DNA of 64,000 nt, from the NCBI GenBank assembly GCA_946541575.1, contig CAMNJQ010000051.1:12985-76984 (forward strand), written 5' to 3'. Below the pieces are notes generated by a model that saw only the letters and a list, made by a program, of their open reading frames with translations, was not told the DNA's origin and searched no databases. This stretch comes from an uncultured Clostridium sp. (GTDB lineage Bacteria; Bacillota_I; Bacilli_A; RF39; UBA660). A program made the translations under genes and the position numbers. This document shows, piece by piece, positions 1 through 9,603 of this stretch (positions are counted from its first letter, which is position 1; every line of letters begins with the position of its first letter).

Positions 1-1
1 G

Positions 2-874
2 ATGTTTTTAAGTATAATCTTTGCATTACTTGTAGTTATATTTTGGGCAACTGGTGAGATAAGCTATTCTAAATTAAGTCATAGATTAGATAGAGCAAAT
101 GTATATATGTACCAATATTTAACTAGAGCAATAATTTATCTATTTGTAGTATTAATATTCGATATTAGTTTATTTTCTACATTTAACATTGATACATTTT
201 TAATATTCTTACCTATAATATTATGTGACTTATTTGCATCATATGTTGTAAATATTGCTGTATCTAATGGAAAACTTTCTGTAGTAAGCCCAATAATGGC
301 AGCATACCCAATAGTAGATATCTTTTTGGGAATTATCTTACTAAAAGAGAAAATAGGATTTATAGAAATGCTATTATCAATTGTAATTGCCATAGCTATA
401 ATACTTCTAGCTAAAAATCAGAAAAAGTCAAAGAATGCACCTCATCCATTAAAAGGAATAATTTTTTCTGTTATATATATGCTTTTAGTTGCGTTTTCAG
501 TATACTTTGAAAAAGGAGCTTATATTGATAATTTTTCAATATATCAATTATATTTTTATAAGGGAATAGTATATTTTTTTACAAGCATTTTCTTTATGAC
601 TATTATTGGTATATCACCAGTTAAATTAAAAAAGCCAAACATGGATATTATTAAAGGAACAGCAATCACACCAATTGGAAATGTACTAAATTCTTTCGCA
701 TTGAATTTTGGAAATATGATTGTTGTAACCCCAATTAGTTCAATGTATTCAGTACTTACAACGTATGCAAGTAGAAAAGTATTAAATGAAAAAATATCTA
801 TAAAAGAAAGTATTTGCATATCAATCATACTATTTGGAACAATTACTCTAATAATATGTGGATTAATACCTTAG
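2..874 (+). CDS. DMT/EamA-like multi-pass membrane transporter (5' end cut by window edge)
   Basis: The ORF is open to the window edge. It has about 10 hydrophobic helices arranged as two similar halves, consistent with the drug/metabolite transporter superfamily. There is no catalytic motif to confirm the call. Confidence 0.45.
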   Translation: MFLSIIFALLVVIFWATGEISYSKLSHRLDRANVYMYQYLTRAIIYLFVVLIFDISLFSTFNIDTFLIFLPIILCDLFASYVVNIAVSNGKLSVVSPIMAAYPIVDIFLGIILLKEKIGFIEMLLSIVIAIAIILLAKNQKKSKNAPHPLKGIIFSVIYMLLVAFSVYFEKGAYIDNFSIYQLYFYKGIVYFFTSIFFMTIIGISPVKLKKPNMDIIKGTAITPIGNVLNSFALNFGNMIVVTPISSMYSVLTTYASRKVLNEKISIKESICISIILFGTITLIICGLIP

Positions 875-879
875 GATGA

Positions 880-1070
880 GAAAATGAAAAGAAAAAAATT
901 AATGGAGCTGGATATGGAATCGTTTTAGCATCACAAAAAAAATAGCCAATAGTGGTGTTGGAATAATTTATTCTAATAATGAAAGTAATAATAAAAATTT
1001 TACAAAATATATAAAAGAAAATGATGCCCATGAATTAATTAATAAGGAAAAAGAATATTATAAAAAATAA
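880..1070 (+). pseudogene. Possible frameshifted remnant of a Rossmann/SDR-like N-terminus
   Basis: Three short reading frames can be joined: MKRKK.., ..INGAGYGIVLASQKK and IANSGVGIIYSNNES...YYKK. The joins fall at an A7 run (892-898) and an A8 run (935-942). The GxGxxG-like motif resembles the start of the intact SDR gene downstream. A terminator follows at 1116-1140. Confidence 0.25.
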
Positions 1071-1115
1071 TTGATGGAATTCCTAATATAACAAAAGTAG
1101 TATATATATCTAAAG

Positions 1116-1140
1116 GAACTAATATTTAGTTCTTTTTCTT
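1116..1140 (+). terminator. Rho-independent terminator
   Basis: Hairpin GAACTAA-TAT-TTAGTTC followed by a T-run. Confidence 0.5.
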
Positions 1141-1168
1141 TTTAAAGCTTTAAAACGATATTTAAATT

Positions 1169-1177
1169 TGCTATAAT
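1169..1177 (+). promoter_or_regulatory. Extended -10 promoter element (TGcTATAAT) for the SDR gene
   Basis: TG-n-TATAAT lies 17 nt upstream of the ATG at 1194. Confidence 0.45.
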
Positions 1178-1193
1178 ATCTTCGGTGATTTAA

Positions 1194-1913
1194 ATGAAAA
1201 ATGTATTAGTAACTGGTGGAGCAAGTGGGCTTGGAAAAGAAATTTGTAAAATATTTCAAAAAGAAGGATATAATGTATTGTTTATTTACAATAGTACAAC
1301 TCCAAATGAAGAATTAAATAAATGTCATGGGTATAAATGTAATTTATCAAATGAAGAAGAAATACTTAATACTTTAAGAAAGATTTATGAAGAACATAAA
1401 AAAGTTGATATCCTAATTAATAATGCTGCAATTGAAATAAATAAAGATATTAGTGAAAAAAGTAAATCAGACTTTATGAAAACTTTAGAGATTAATTTAG
1501 TAGCACCTTTTATTCTTTGCAAAGAAGTAGGTTCTAGAATGTATATGAACGGTTACGGAAGAATAATTAATATTTCTAGTAATAATTCAATAGATAAATA
1601 TGACCCTATAACTATTGATTATGATTCATCTAAAGCTGGACTTAATATATTAACAAAATGTTTTGCAGAAGAATATGCACCATTTGTGAATGTTAATGCT
1701 ATTGCGCCAGGTTGGATTTTAACAAATAAAATAAAAGAAATAGATGATAACTTAGATAATAAATTCATTGAAGAAGAAAGTAAAAAAATCTTATTAAATA
1801 GATTTGCAACTTGTGAAGATATAACAAACTTATTATTATTTCTAGCAAGCGATAAATCAAACTACATAAATGGCGAGATAATAAGAATAGATGGTGGAAA
1901 TTATGATAGATAA
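1194..1913 (+). CDS. Short-chain dehydrogenase/reductase (SDR) family oxidoreductase
   Basis: Has the N-terminal TGGASGLGKE cofactor motif (TGxxxGxG), an NNAA motif, the catalytic YDSSKAGLN (YxxxK) and a length of 239 aa. Confidence 0.85.
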   Translation: MKNVLVTGGASGLGKEICKIFQKEGYNVLFIYNSTTPNEELNKCHGYKCNLSNEEEILNTLRKIYEEHKKVDILINNAAIEINKDISEKSKSDFMKTLEINLVAPFILCKEVGSRMYMNGYGRIINISSNNSIDKYDPITIDYDSSKAGLNILTKCFAEEYAPFVNVNAIAPGWILTNKIKEIDDNLDNKFIEEESKKILLNRFATCEDITNLLLFLASDKSNYINGEIIRIDGGNYDR

Positions 1914-3141
1914 TAAAATTATAGAAATATTTAAGAAAAGCGAAGACGAAATAGATAAAGAGTTAAAAGAAATTGATAATCTTTGTTATTTTTATAGCAA
2001 TAAAGTTTTAAGTGCATTTAGGAATAACAATATTTCAGAAGTACATTTTAATTCAAGTACTGGATATGGATACAATGATATAGGAAGAGAAGCAATCGAA
2101 AAAGTTTTTAGTGAAGTTCTAGGAGGAGAAGATTCATTAGTAAGAAGTCAATTTATTTCTGGCAGTCATGCCTTAACAGTTACTTTGTTTGCCCTTTTAA
2201 GACCAAATGATACTTTATTAAGTATTACTGGAAAACCATATGATACTTTAGATGAAGTAATTGGAATAGTTGATAATCCTAGTTCTTTAAAATCATTTGG
2301 AGTTAATTATGAACAGATAGATTTAATTGATAATGACTTTGATTACAAATCAATAGAAGAAAAGCTTAATGAAAAGAAAATAAAAGTAATAGAAATTCAA
2401 AGGTCTAAAGGTTATTCAACAAGAAAAAGTTTAACATTAGATAAAATTGATAAAGTAATTGAGTTTATTAGAAAAATAGATAAAGATGTAATAATAATGA
2501 TAGATAATTGTTATTGTGAGTTTGTAGAGTATAAATCACCACTTGAAATAGATAATCCAGCAGATATAATTGTAGGATCGCTAATTAAAAATCTTGGTGG
2601 AGGAATTTCTCCAAATGGGGCATATGTTTCTGGTAAGAAAAAACTTATAGATCTAGTAGCCGATAGGTTAACTGTTCCAGGAGAAGGAAGAGAAGTTGGC
2701 CCAACTTTAGGAATAAATAGACTTATTTTACAAGGGTTGTTTATGGCTCCAAGTGTTGTATCATCTAGTTTAAAAACTGCTATTCTAACAAGTAAGGTTT
2801 TAGATAGTTTAGGATACGAAGTAGAGCCTAAATATAATGAAAAAAGAGCAGATATAGTGCAAAATATAATTTTTCATGATAGTGACAAGCTAATTAAATA
2901 TTGTCAAGGAATTCAAACAGGAAGTCCAATTGATTCAAATGTAACACCAATCCCATGGGATATGCCTGGTTATGTAGATAAAGTAATTATGGCAGCAGGA
3001 ACATTCACTCAAGGTTCATCGATAGAGATTTCTTGTGATGGACCAATAAGAGACCCTTATATTGCATATCAACAAGGAGGATTAACTTATGAATATGGAA
3101 AGATTGCAGTTATGTATGCTGTTTCTAATATTTTAAAATAA
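1903..3141 (+). CDS. ynbB: PLP-dependent YnbB / aluminium-resistance (Met gamma-lyase-like) family protein
   Basis: The stretch HFNSSTGYGYNDIGREAIEKVF...SGSHAL and the length of about 410 aa match my memory of the YnbB family. I chose the ATG at 1903 because GGTGGA lies 6 nt upstream. The ORF track start at 1891 is the alternative. Confidence 0.65.
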   Translation: MIDNKIIEIFKKSEDEIDKELKEIDNLCYFYSNKVLSAFRNNNISEVHFNSSTGYGYNDIGREAIEKVFSEVLGGEDSLVRSQFISGSHALTVTLFALLRPNDTLLSITGKPYDTLDEVIGIVDNPSSLKSFGVNYEQIDLIDNDFDYKSIEEKLNEKKIKVIEIQRSKGYSTRKSLTLDKIDKVIEFIRKIDKDVIIMIDNCYCEFVEYKSPLEIDNPADIIVGSLIKNLGGGISPNGAYVSGKKKLIDLVADRLTVPGEGREVGPTLGINRLILQGLFMAPSVVSSSLKTAILTSKVLDSLGYEVEPKYNEKRADIVQNIIFHDSDKLIKYCQGIQTGSPIDSNVTPIPWDMPGYVDKVIMAAGTFTQGSSIEISCDGPIRDPYIAYQQGGLTYEYGKIAVMYAVSNILK

Positions 3142-3168
3142 AGTGCCTAATTTGGCATTTTTCTTTTT
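3142..3168 (+). terminator. Weak rho-independent terminator
   Basis: AGTGCC-TAATTT-GGCATT hairpin followed by a T-rich tail. Confidence 0.35.
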
Positions 3169-3196
3169 ATATTTTCTATGATTTACTATAATTAAG

Positions 3197-3205
3197 TGTT
3201 ATAAT
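3197..3205 (+). promoter_or_regulatory. Extended -10 promoter (TGtTATAAT) for the 3238 operon
   Basis: GTGTTATAAT lies 33 nt upstream of the ATG. The same decamer occurs upstream of ftsK and dnaE. Confidence 0.5.
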
Positions 3206-3237
3206 AATATATATTAGTCTATATAGGTGGTGAGATA

Positions 3238-6200
3238 ATGGCATACGTTTCAAAAAATCATAAAAATGATCCTAACTTTAATAAAACTCAAAATATAAAT
3301 AATAAAAATAAGCCACCATTTTCTTCTTCTTCTTCAATAAAAAGTAACGGATACAATAATAATGGATACAAAGCAATCAATAATTATAATCAAGTGAATA
3401 ATGGAAATTTACAAAATAGACTAAATACTTTAAAAGAAAAGCAAAAAAAAGTAGCAGCAAAAAAAGCAATAAAAGCAGCAGCAACAGCAGTTAATCCACT
3501 TGTAGGAGGAGCAGCAGCAGAAGCTGCAATGAACACCCCAGCAGGAAAAAGAGTTCTAAATGCATATTCGAAAGGGGATTCTGCCTCAGAAAGTTTTAAT
3601 AACGCAAAAAAACAAATAATAAAAGAAAAAATAAGAACAAAGATTATTATGTATGCAATTCCATGGGCATTAGGATTGTTTGCAATAATTTTTTTAATAA
3701 TTCTAGTAGCATCTGTTTTTAAAAATGCAGATAGTCAAATATATAGTAATGAGAACAATGGTACAGTAGAGTCAGAATTGTATCATCTTACAGATAAGGA
3801 AAAAAATATATTTAAAGCTTATCCTGGATTATATGAAAAAATAACAAAAAAATCAAAAGAGATAAGTAATAAATACAAAATTGAAATTGATAGGTTTTTA
3901 ATAATAGCAACTTTAGTTGCACCAATTGAAAATGGACTAATTCAACCAGTTGATGACGGAAGCTGTGGGGAACAGGAATGCTATTATTTTAAAGGTGAAT
4001 CAAAAACATGGAGTGAATTTTTAGATTTATGGGGAGATCAATCAGAATTACTTGCGAAAATGCAAATTTTAACATTTGTAAATAAAGAATCTGCTAGAAG
4101 TAAAGGACTTACTTGTGGTAGTGAAGAAACAATGGAACAATATGCAAAAAATGATCTAGCAGTAAGAGAACATTATTTCTTATGGTGGTTAAATCCAATA
4201 AATTGGTTTAGTACTTTTAGGACAGCAGTAGATGCAGAATTAAATGCAAAATGTACTGAAGCCCCTAATGGGAAAACAATAGTACCTGATGTGCCAACTT
4301 TATCTACATCTCAAGGAATATATTATCTTTCATATGATGAAAATCAAAAAGAAGTGTTCGAAAAAGATTCAAATTCTGGTGGAGTTTATTTTTGGAATCT
4401 AGTAAATCCAAAGGGATTTATACACGAGTATTTAAAAGACTATTTGTCAAATGAATATAGTGAAGATTTGAATAAAAATTATGAAATAAATAAAGAAAAA
4501 ATAGTAGATATAACAAATTATATTTATGCATATTATGAATCAATTAGAAAAGATTGTGAAGAACACAAAGTAATAGAAAGCACTATAGAAGAAATAACTG
4601 TATACAATCCACCTTCAAAGCAAGCAACATATGGTGTTCCTGAAATGCAAACGATTAATTTTGAAGATCAATATATTGGTGGAGTGATGCTTGCTGAATA
4701 TAATTCGGGAGGGGAGGAAGCACTTAAAGCATTTGCAATACTTGCAAGAACAGAGGCAGTTGCTGTAGTAGGACTTGATGGTGCTAAACCAATTGAAAAT
4801 AGTTCTAATGTACAAAACTATAATCCTAATTATAGCCCTGAAAAATATCCTAAAATTGCCAAAGCAGTTGAAGAAACAAGAGGAATAGTAGTAGGAAAGT
4901 TTGAATCTCCTAAAGTATGGCATACAGAGTATGATGCTTTTTGTCCAGTTAAAAATGTATTAGAGAATGGTTTCTATTATTTAGATGATGAGCAACAAAA
5001 TCTTCCGATTAGTCCATCTGCATATGAAAACGTTGCTCACAAGGGGTTTATAAGCGCAGATAGTAAATATTTAGATTGCCCATGCTTTCAAAATAATCAT
5101 TCGCGTCCACATGACCCTGATGCAGAGGATGAAAATACGAGATATTACCACTCAAACTCTGAGCCACCAACTTATTTAGGAGGAACCCCACCTCAAGAAA
5201 CTAAGCCTGGATGTTGGACATTAAAGGGAAATACAAGAGTAAATGAAGATAATGAAACAGAATATGCCTGGAAGTATAAACCTAGTGGAGGACATGGTAG
5301 AGGAGCAAGTCAATATGGATTAACATATTTTGATGCATTTGGTTATGATCAAGATGCTTTAATAAGATTGTTCTTTAAAAGTGCAAATTTAAGAATGCTA
5401 TCTAGCTCATTACCAGATGGAAAATGTGATAATATTCCATATTATGAAGGAGAAACAACAGCAGCTAGTTATAGCGGTGAATCTAATTATAATGAAGATG
5501 TAGGTGGAGTTCCTCTAAATATGTCACTTAAAGAAGCACTTTCAAAGGAAGGTCATACAATAAGTGATTTAAATAATTGTATAGGAACAAGAGTAGAAAG
5601 TGCAGGTCTTGGAACCCGTGAGGCAGTAGTAGAAGCTGGAATGGGACTTCTTGAATGTACTATGAATTTAACAGGTGGATTTACCTATCCATATGATCAT
5701 AGAGGTGGCTATATAGGAGAAGGACTAAATCCTGATATCATAGGTAAAATGGGAGTTAATAGTAAATGGGGAGAATATGCAAGTTATGCTACAGGCTGTA
5801 GTGGTGGAGCACCATGTAGATTAGGACTAAATTGTGCTAACTATGTTCGTTGGTCAATGTGTAATGGTGGAATGGACTTATGCTCTAGAGGTTCAACATT
5901 CGCAACAGGAATGGCAGGCGTTAATTCAAATGAAAATTATTTTCCAGGAGCTATTAGAGTAAGGTTGTCCCCTTCATTTTCTGTACTTTCAGGATCTTTG
6001 CCAAACGCAAATAGAGAAAGTGTATTAGACATGATAAAACCAGGTGATGTATTATATTCTGATCATGGAGGATCAGGAAATCATGTTATGTTAATAGTAG
6101 GAACAGACTCAAGTTATATTACCATTGCAGAAAATGGAAGAAAAACAAGAAAAATATCTCACAGTGAATTAACCTCTGGAAATATGACGTATGTAGTTTT

Positions 6201-6264
6201 ATTATTAGATGATTATTATGCAAATGAATCAAATAAAAACCATTTATCATATCCTGATATATAA
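3238..6264 (+). CDS. Membrane-anchored bifunctional cell-wall hydrolase (SpoIID/LytB-like domain plus C-terminal NlpC/P60-like domain)
   Basis: The N-terminus is Asn-rich and cytoplasmic, followed by a single TM segment (IIMYAIPWALGLFAIIFLIILVASVF). SpoIID-like motifs are GVMLAEYNSGGEEALKAFAILARTEAVA and GGHGRGASQYG. NlpC/P60-like motifs are Cys in GLNCANYVRW and His in GNHVMLIVG. The SD is strong (GGTGGTGAG). Confidence 0.6.
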   Translation: MAYVSKNHKNDPNFNKTQNINNKNKPPFSSSSSIKSNGYNNNGYKAINNYNQVNNGNLQNRLNTLKEKQKKVAAKKAIKAAATAVNPLVGGAAAEAAMNTPAGKRVLNAYSKGDSASESFNNAKKQIIKEKIRTKIIMYAIPWALGLFAIIFLIILVASVFKNADSQIYSNENNGTVESELYHLTDKEKNIFKAYPGLYEKITKKSKEISNKYKIEIDRFLIIATLVAPIENGLIQPVDDGSCGEQECYYFKGESKTWSEFLDLWGDQSELLAKMQILTFVNKESARSKGLTCGSEETMEQYAKNDLAVREHYFLWWLNPINWFSTFRTAVDAELNAKCTEAPNGKTIVPDVPTLSTSQGIYYLSYDENQKEVFEKDSNSGGVYFWNLVNPKGFIHEYLKDYLSNEYSEDLNKNYEINKEKIVDITNYIYAYYESIRKDCEEHKVIESTIEEITVYNPPSKQATYGVPEMQTINFEDQYIGGVMLAEYNSGGEEALKAFAILARTEAVAVVGLDGAKPIENSSNVQNYNPNYSPEKYPKIAKAVEETRGIVVGKFESPKVWHTEYDAFCPVKNVLENGFYYLDDEQQNLPISPSAYENVAHKGFISADSKYLDCPCFQNNHSRPHDPDAEDENTRYYHSNSEPPTYLGGTPPQETKPGCWTLKGNTRVNEDNETEYAWKYKPSGGHGRGASQYGLTYFDAFGYDQDALIRLFFKSANLRMLSSSLPDGKCDNIPYYEGETTAASYSGESNYNEDVGGVPLNMSLKEALSKEGHTISDLNNCIGTRVESAGLGTREAVVEAGMGLLECTMNLTGGFTYPYDHRGGYIGEGLNPDIIGKMGVNSKWGEYASYATGCSGGAPCRLGLNCANYVRWSMCNGGMDLCSRGSTFATGMAGVNSNENYFPGAIRVRLSPSFSVLSGSLPNANRESVLDMIKPGDVLYSDHGGSGNHVMLIVGTDSSYITIAENGRKTRKISHSELTSGNMTYVVLLLDDYYANESNKNHLSYPDI

Positions 6265-6282
6265 AACTTATGAGGAGCAAAT

Positions 6283-6993
6283 ATGAAGAAAAAAATTATT
6301 ATATGCATACTTTTAATAATATTAATGACTGGATGCAGTGCAAACTATAAAATTAAAATAAGTGACGGATTTGTTGAAGAAGCATTTAATGTTACTGAAA
6401 ATAATATGAGTATTGTTAATATTAAAGATGAATCTGGAAGAAGTTTTATAGATTATTCAAAACTTTATGGAAATGATTACAATCTTTATACTAGTTTTTA
6501 CAATTTGTATGCTGATGAAGGTTGTGCAAATAATTGTGATATATATGGAAAAACTTATATTAATAATGAATCAAATGTAGGATTTGAGCTATATCATAAA
6601 TTTAAAATTGATGAATATAAAGATTCATCATTAGCAAATGAATTACTGCCAGGATTTACAGCATATTACGATGAAAAAGATTTAATAATAAATGGTGGTA
6701 ATAATTGGAATTTTTTAGATTCTTATGAGTATTTAGATGAAATAACTATAGAGATTGAAACAGATTATAAAGTAAAAGAAACAAATGGTACAAAAAAAGA
6801 TAATTCATATATATGGAAAATAAAAAAGAATAATACAAATTCTAATATTTATATTGCTTTAGATACAACTAATAAAAATGATAATAAGAAAGAAACAAAG
6901 TCTTTTATAGTATTATTACTATTAATAATAGCTATTTTAACAATTATTTCATATTTATATTTTATGAAAAATAAAAATCAAAAAGATATATAA
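6283..6993 (+). CDS. Lipoprotein with C-terminal TM anchor, unknown function
   Basis: Has a lipobox (LMTGC) and a C-terminal hydrophobic helix (FIVLLLLIIAILTIISYLYF). The SD is GAGGAG. Confidence 0.6.
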   Translation: MKKKIIICILLIILMTGCSANYKIKISDGFVEEAFNVTENNMSIVNIKDESGRSFIDYSKLYGNDYNLYTSFYNLYADEGCANNCDIYGKTYINNESNVGFELYHKFKIDEYKDSSLANELLPGFTAYYDEKDLIINGGNNWNFLDSYEYLDEITIEIETDYKVKETNGTKKDNSYIWKIKKNNTNSNIYIALDTTNKNDNKKETKSFIVLLLLIIAILTIISYLYFMKNKNQKDI

Positions 6994-7053
6994 TAGTTTA
7001 AAAAAAAGCAAATATATGATATCATTTATAATGATTAGAGGATGTGAATTAAT

Positions 7054-9585
7054 ATGAAATTTAAATTCGTAGCAACACCAAAAGATGTTATGATTTTTGG
7101 CATTTTTGCGTTGTTTTTACTATACGTAGTTGCAATAGCAGTACTTAATATTCCACTACTTGCTGCTACTGGGACTTTTTATGGATTAAATCCAATAGAA
7201 GCATTTTCTCCTGAATATATTTCATACACTTTATTTATTTATCTTATTGCTTTGATTGGGCTTATATTAAGTGTTAATTCGTATTTCTTTGAATTTCAAG
7301 AAGGATTTGGACTAAAAATAAGTGATTCAAGCAGCGGAGGATATAGTAGTTGGGCAAAAGCTAAAGATATTAAAGAAGACAAAGGTGTAAAAAGAATTGT
7401 TGCATCAGCTTCAAAAGTAGATGCAGCAGGTACACCTCTAATTAGTAATGGTAAAGAATTATGGGTAGATGATGGAGAATATCATACTCTTGTAATAGGA
7501 GCTACTGGTAGTGGTAAAACTCAAAATACAATTTTACCAACAATTAAAGTTTTAGCCAAAAAAGGTGAATCAGTAATTGTTACAGACCCTAAAGGTGAAA
7601 TATATGAAAAAGCAGGTGGATTATTAAAGAAAAATGGATACAAAATAATCCTATTAAATTTCCGTAATCCACAAAATGGTAATACTTGGAATCCTCTAGA
7701 ATTACCGTATAGATTATATAAAAATGGTAATCAAGATAAAGCAATAGAATTACTTGATGACTTAGCTCTTAACATCTTATATGATGAAACAAATACTAAT
7801 AGCGATCCATTCTGGGAAAAAACAGCAGCAGATTATTTTTCAGGTATTGCACTTGCAATGTTTGAAGATACTACTGAGGATAAAATTAACATTAATAGTA
7901 TTAATATGACTGCAACTGTTGGAGAAGATAAATTTGGTGGATCAACATATATAAAAGAATATTTTAGTTATAAAGATCCTGCTAGTGCAGCTTATGTAAA
8001 TGCAAGTGGTACTGTTATGGCACCATCTGAAACTAAAGGTGGAATCATCTCAGTATTTAAACAAAAAGTTAAATTATTTGCATCTCGTGAAAACTTATCT
8101 GAAATGTTAAGTTATAGTGACTTTTCTATGGATAATATTGGAAAAGAACCTACCGCAGTATTTATAATTATTCAAGATGAAAAAAGAACATACCATCCTT
8201 TGGCCACAATTTTAATTAAACAAATTTACGAAACTTTAATTGATGTTGCACAAGAAAACGGAGGAAAACTTCCATGTAGAACAAATTTCTTACTTGATGA
8301 GTTTGCTAACATGCCACCTTTAAAAGATGTTACAACCATGATAACAGCAGCTCGTTCAAGGCAAATAAGATTTACGATGATTATTCAAAACTTTGCACAA
8401 TTAAATAAAGTATATGGAAAAGATGATGCAGAGACTATAAAAGGAAACTGTGGAAACATAATTTACCTTATATCAACTGAGCTAGCAGCACTAGAAGAAA
8501 TTAGTAAGCTATGTGGTGAAAAGAAATCTAAAAAAGATGATAAGACTGCTTCAACGCCTTTAGTAACAGTAAGTGATTTACAACGTATGAAACAGTTTGA
8601 TCAAATATTACTAAGATTAAGAAAAAATCCGTTTAAAACCTCTTTTGTACCTGATTTTAAAATTGATTGGGGAAATTCAGTACCAACAAAAGTAGAGTAC
8701 CCAGTAAGAGAAAAAAGAAAAGTTGAAATATTTGATATAAGAGAATTCGTAAAAGAAAAGAAAAATCAAAAAATTAATGAAATGATGGCATCAATAGGGC
8801 AAGAATCATCAAGCGGAGGATTTAACACCCCAATAGGAGGAACAAGACCTACTTTTGCTCCACCAAATGGACTATTTAATGATTCGGTTCCACAAATGCC
8901 ATTTCAAAGGAAACAACCTGAAATATCTGTCAATGACTTAGTAAAGAAAATTGATGAAAAACTTGCTGAAATTGAAAAAGAAGAGGAAGAAGCTAAGAAA
9001 AAGAAAGAAGCTGAAGAAAAGAAAAAAGACGAAAGAAAAATTTCTCCAGCTGATGAAACAAAAGAAATTATTAATAATATTGAAATAAATAATTATAAAA
9101 AAGATCAAGATCTTGAAATACCAGAAGCAAAAGTTGAAAACATACCTAAAAAATCATCAATTATTGATTATAATAAAGCAAGTAATGTTGAAATGTTAGA
9201 TGATGACTTATCTCTATCAAGTGAAGAGATTGAAAGAAAAGTTAATGAAAAATTATCTAATTCTAAAAACAAAGTTGAAATCAATAAAAATATAGAAAAA
9301 GATATAGAAAATGATATTGAAAAAGATATAGAAAGAAAAATCAATGAGAAAATACAAAAAGAGATTAATGATAAATTAAGACAACAAATTGATGAAGCAA
9401 TAGAAGAAAAAGTTGATGAAAAACTTAATAATTATAATTATGAGCCATATGAAGTAAATGATGAAGATGAAGAATTAATTGACAATTATAATAATAAAAA
9501 GAGTAATTTTAAGCCAACTTCAACTATTAAACTTGATGATGTTGCAGATGATGAAAAATTCTTTGATGATTTCTTTGATGATTAA
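7054..9585 (+). CDS. VirD4/TraG-family type IV coupling protein-like ATPase with long acidic/Lys-rich C-terminal tail
   Basis: Two N-terminal TM helices are followed by Walker A (GATGSGKTQ). The stretch TDPKGEIYE..NTWNPLE and the LLDEFANMP Walker B region are typical of T4CPs. The last 275 aa or so are low-complexity E/K/D/N-rich. Confidence 0.8.
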   Translation: MKFKFVATPKDVMIFGIFALFLLYVVAIAVLNIPLLAATGTFYGLNPIEAFSPEYISYTLFIYLIALIGLILSVNSYFFEFQEGFGLKISDSSSGGYSSWAKAKDIKEDKGVKRIVASASKVDAAGTPLISNGKELWVDDGEYHTLVIGATGSGKTQNTILPTIKVLAKKGESVIVTDPKGEIYEKAGGLLKKNGYKIILLNFRNPQNGNTWNPLELPYRLYKNGNQDKAIELLDDLALNILYDETNTNSDPFWEKTAADYFSGIALAMFEDTTEDKININSINMTATVGEDKFGGSTYIKEYFSYKDPASAAYVNASGTVMAPSETKGGIISVFKQKVKLFASRENLSEMLSYSDFSMDNIGKEPTAVFIIIQDEKRTYHPLATILIKQIYETLIDVAQENGGKLPCRTNFLLDEFANMPPLKDVTTMITAARSRQIRFTMIIQNFAQLNKVYGKDDAETIKGNCGNIIYLISTELAALEEISKLCGEKKSKKDDKTASTPLVTVSDLQRMKQFDQILLRLRKNPFKTSFVPDFKIDWGNSVPTKVEYPVREKRKVEIFDIREFVKEKKNQKINEMMASIGQESSSGGFNTPIGGTRPTFAPPNGLFNDSVPQMPFQRKQPEISVNDLVKKIDEKLAEIEKEEEEAKKKKEAEEKKKDERKISPADETKEIINNIEINNYKKDQDLEIPEAKVENIPKKSSIIDYNKASNVEMLDDDLSLSSEEIERKVNEKLSNSKNKVEINKNIEKDIENDIEKDIERKINEKIQKEINDKLRQQIDEAIEEKVDEKLNNYNYEPYEVNDEDEELIDNYNNKKSNFKPTSTIKLDDVADDEKFFDDFFDD

Positions 9586-9603
9586 TTAAAGTGGGGTGAG
9601 GTA

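Noticed and set aside
9240-9420. Short DNA repeats (GAAAAAGATATAGAAA-type) suggestive of a tandem repeat locus.
   Set aside because: They encode the EKDIE/NDIEK low-complexity tail of the VirD4-like protein. I treat them as coding low-complexity sequence, not a separate element.
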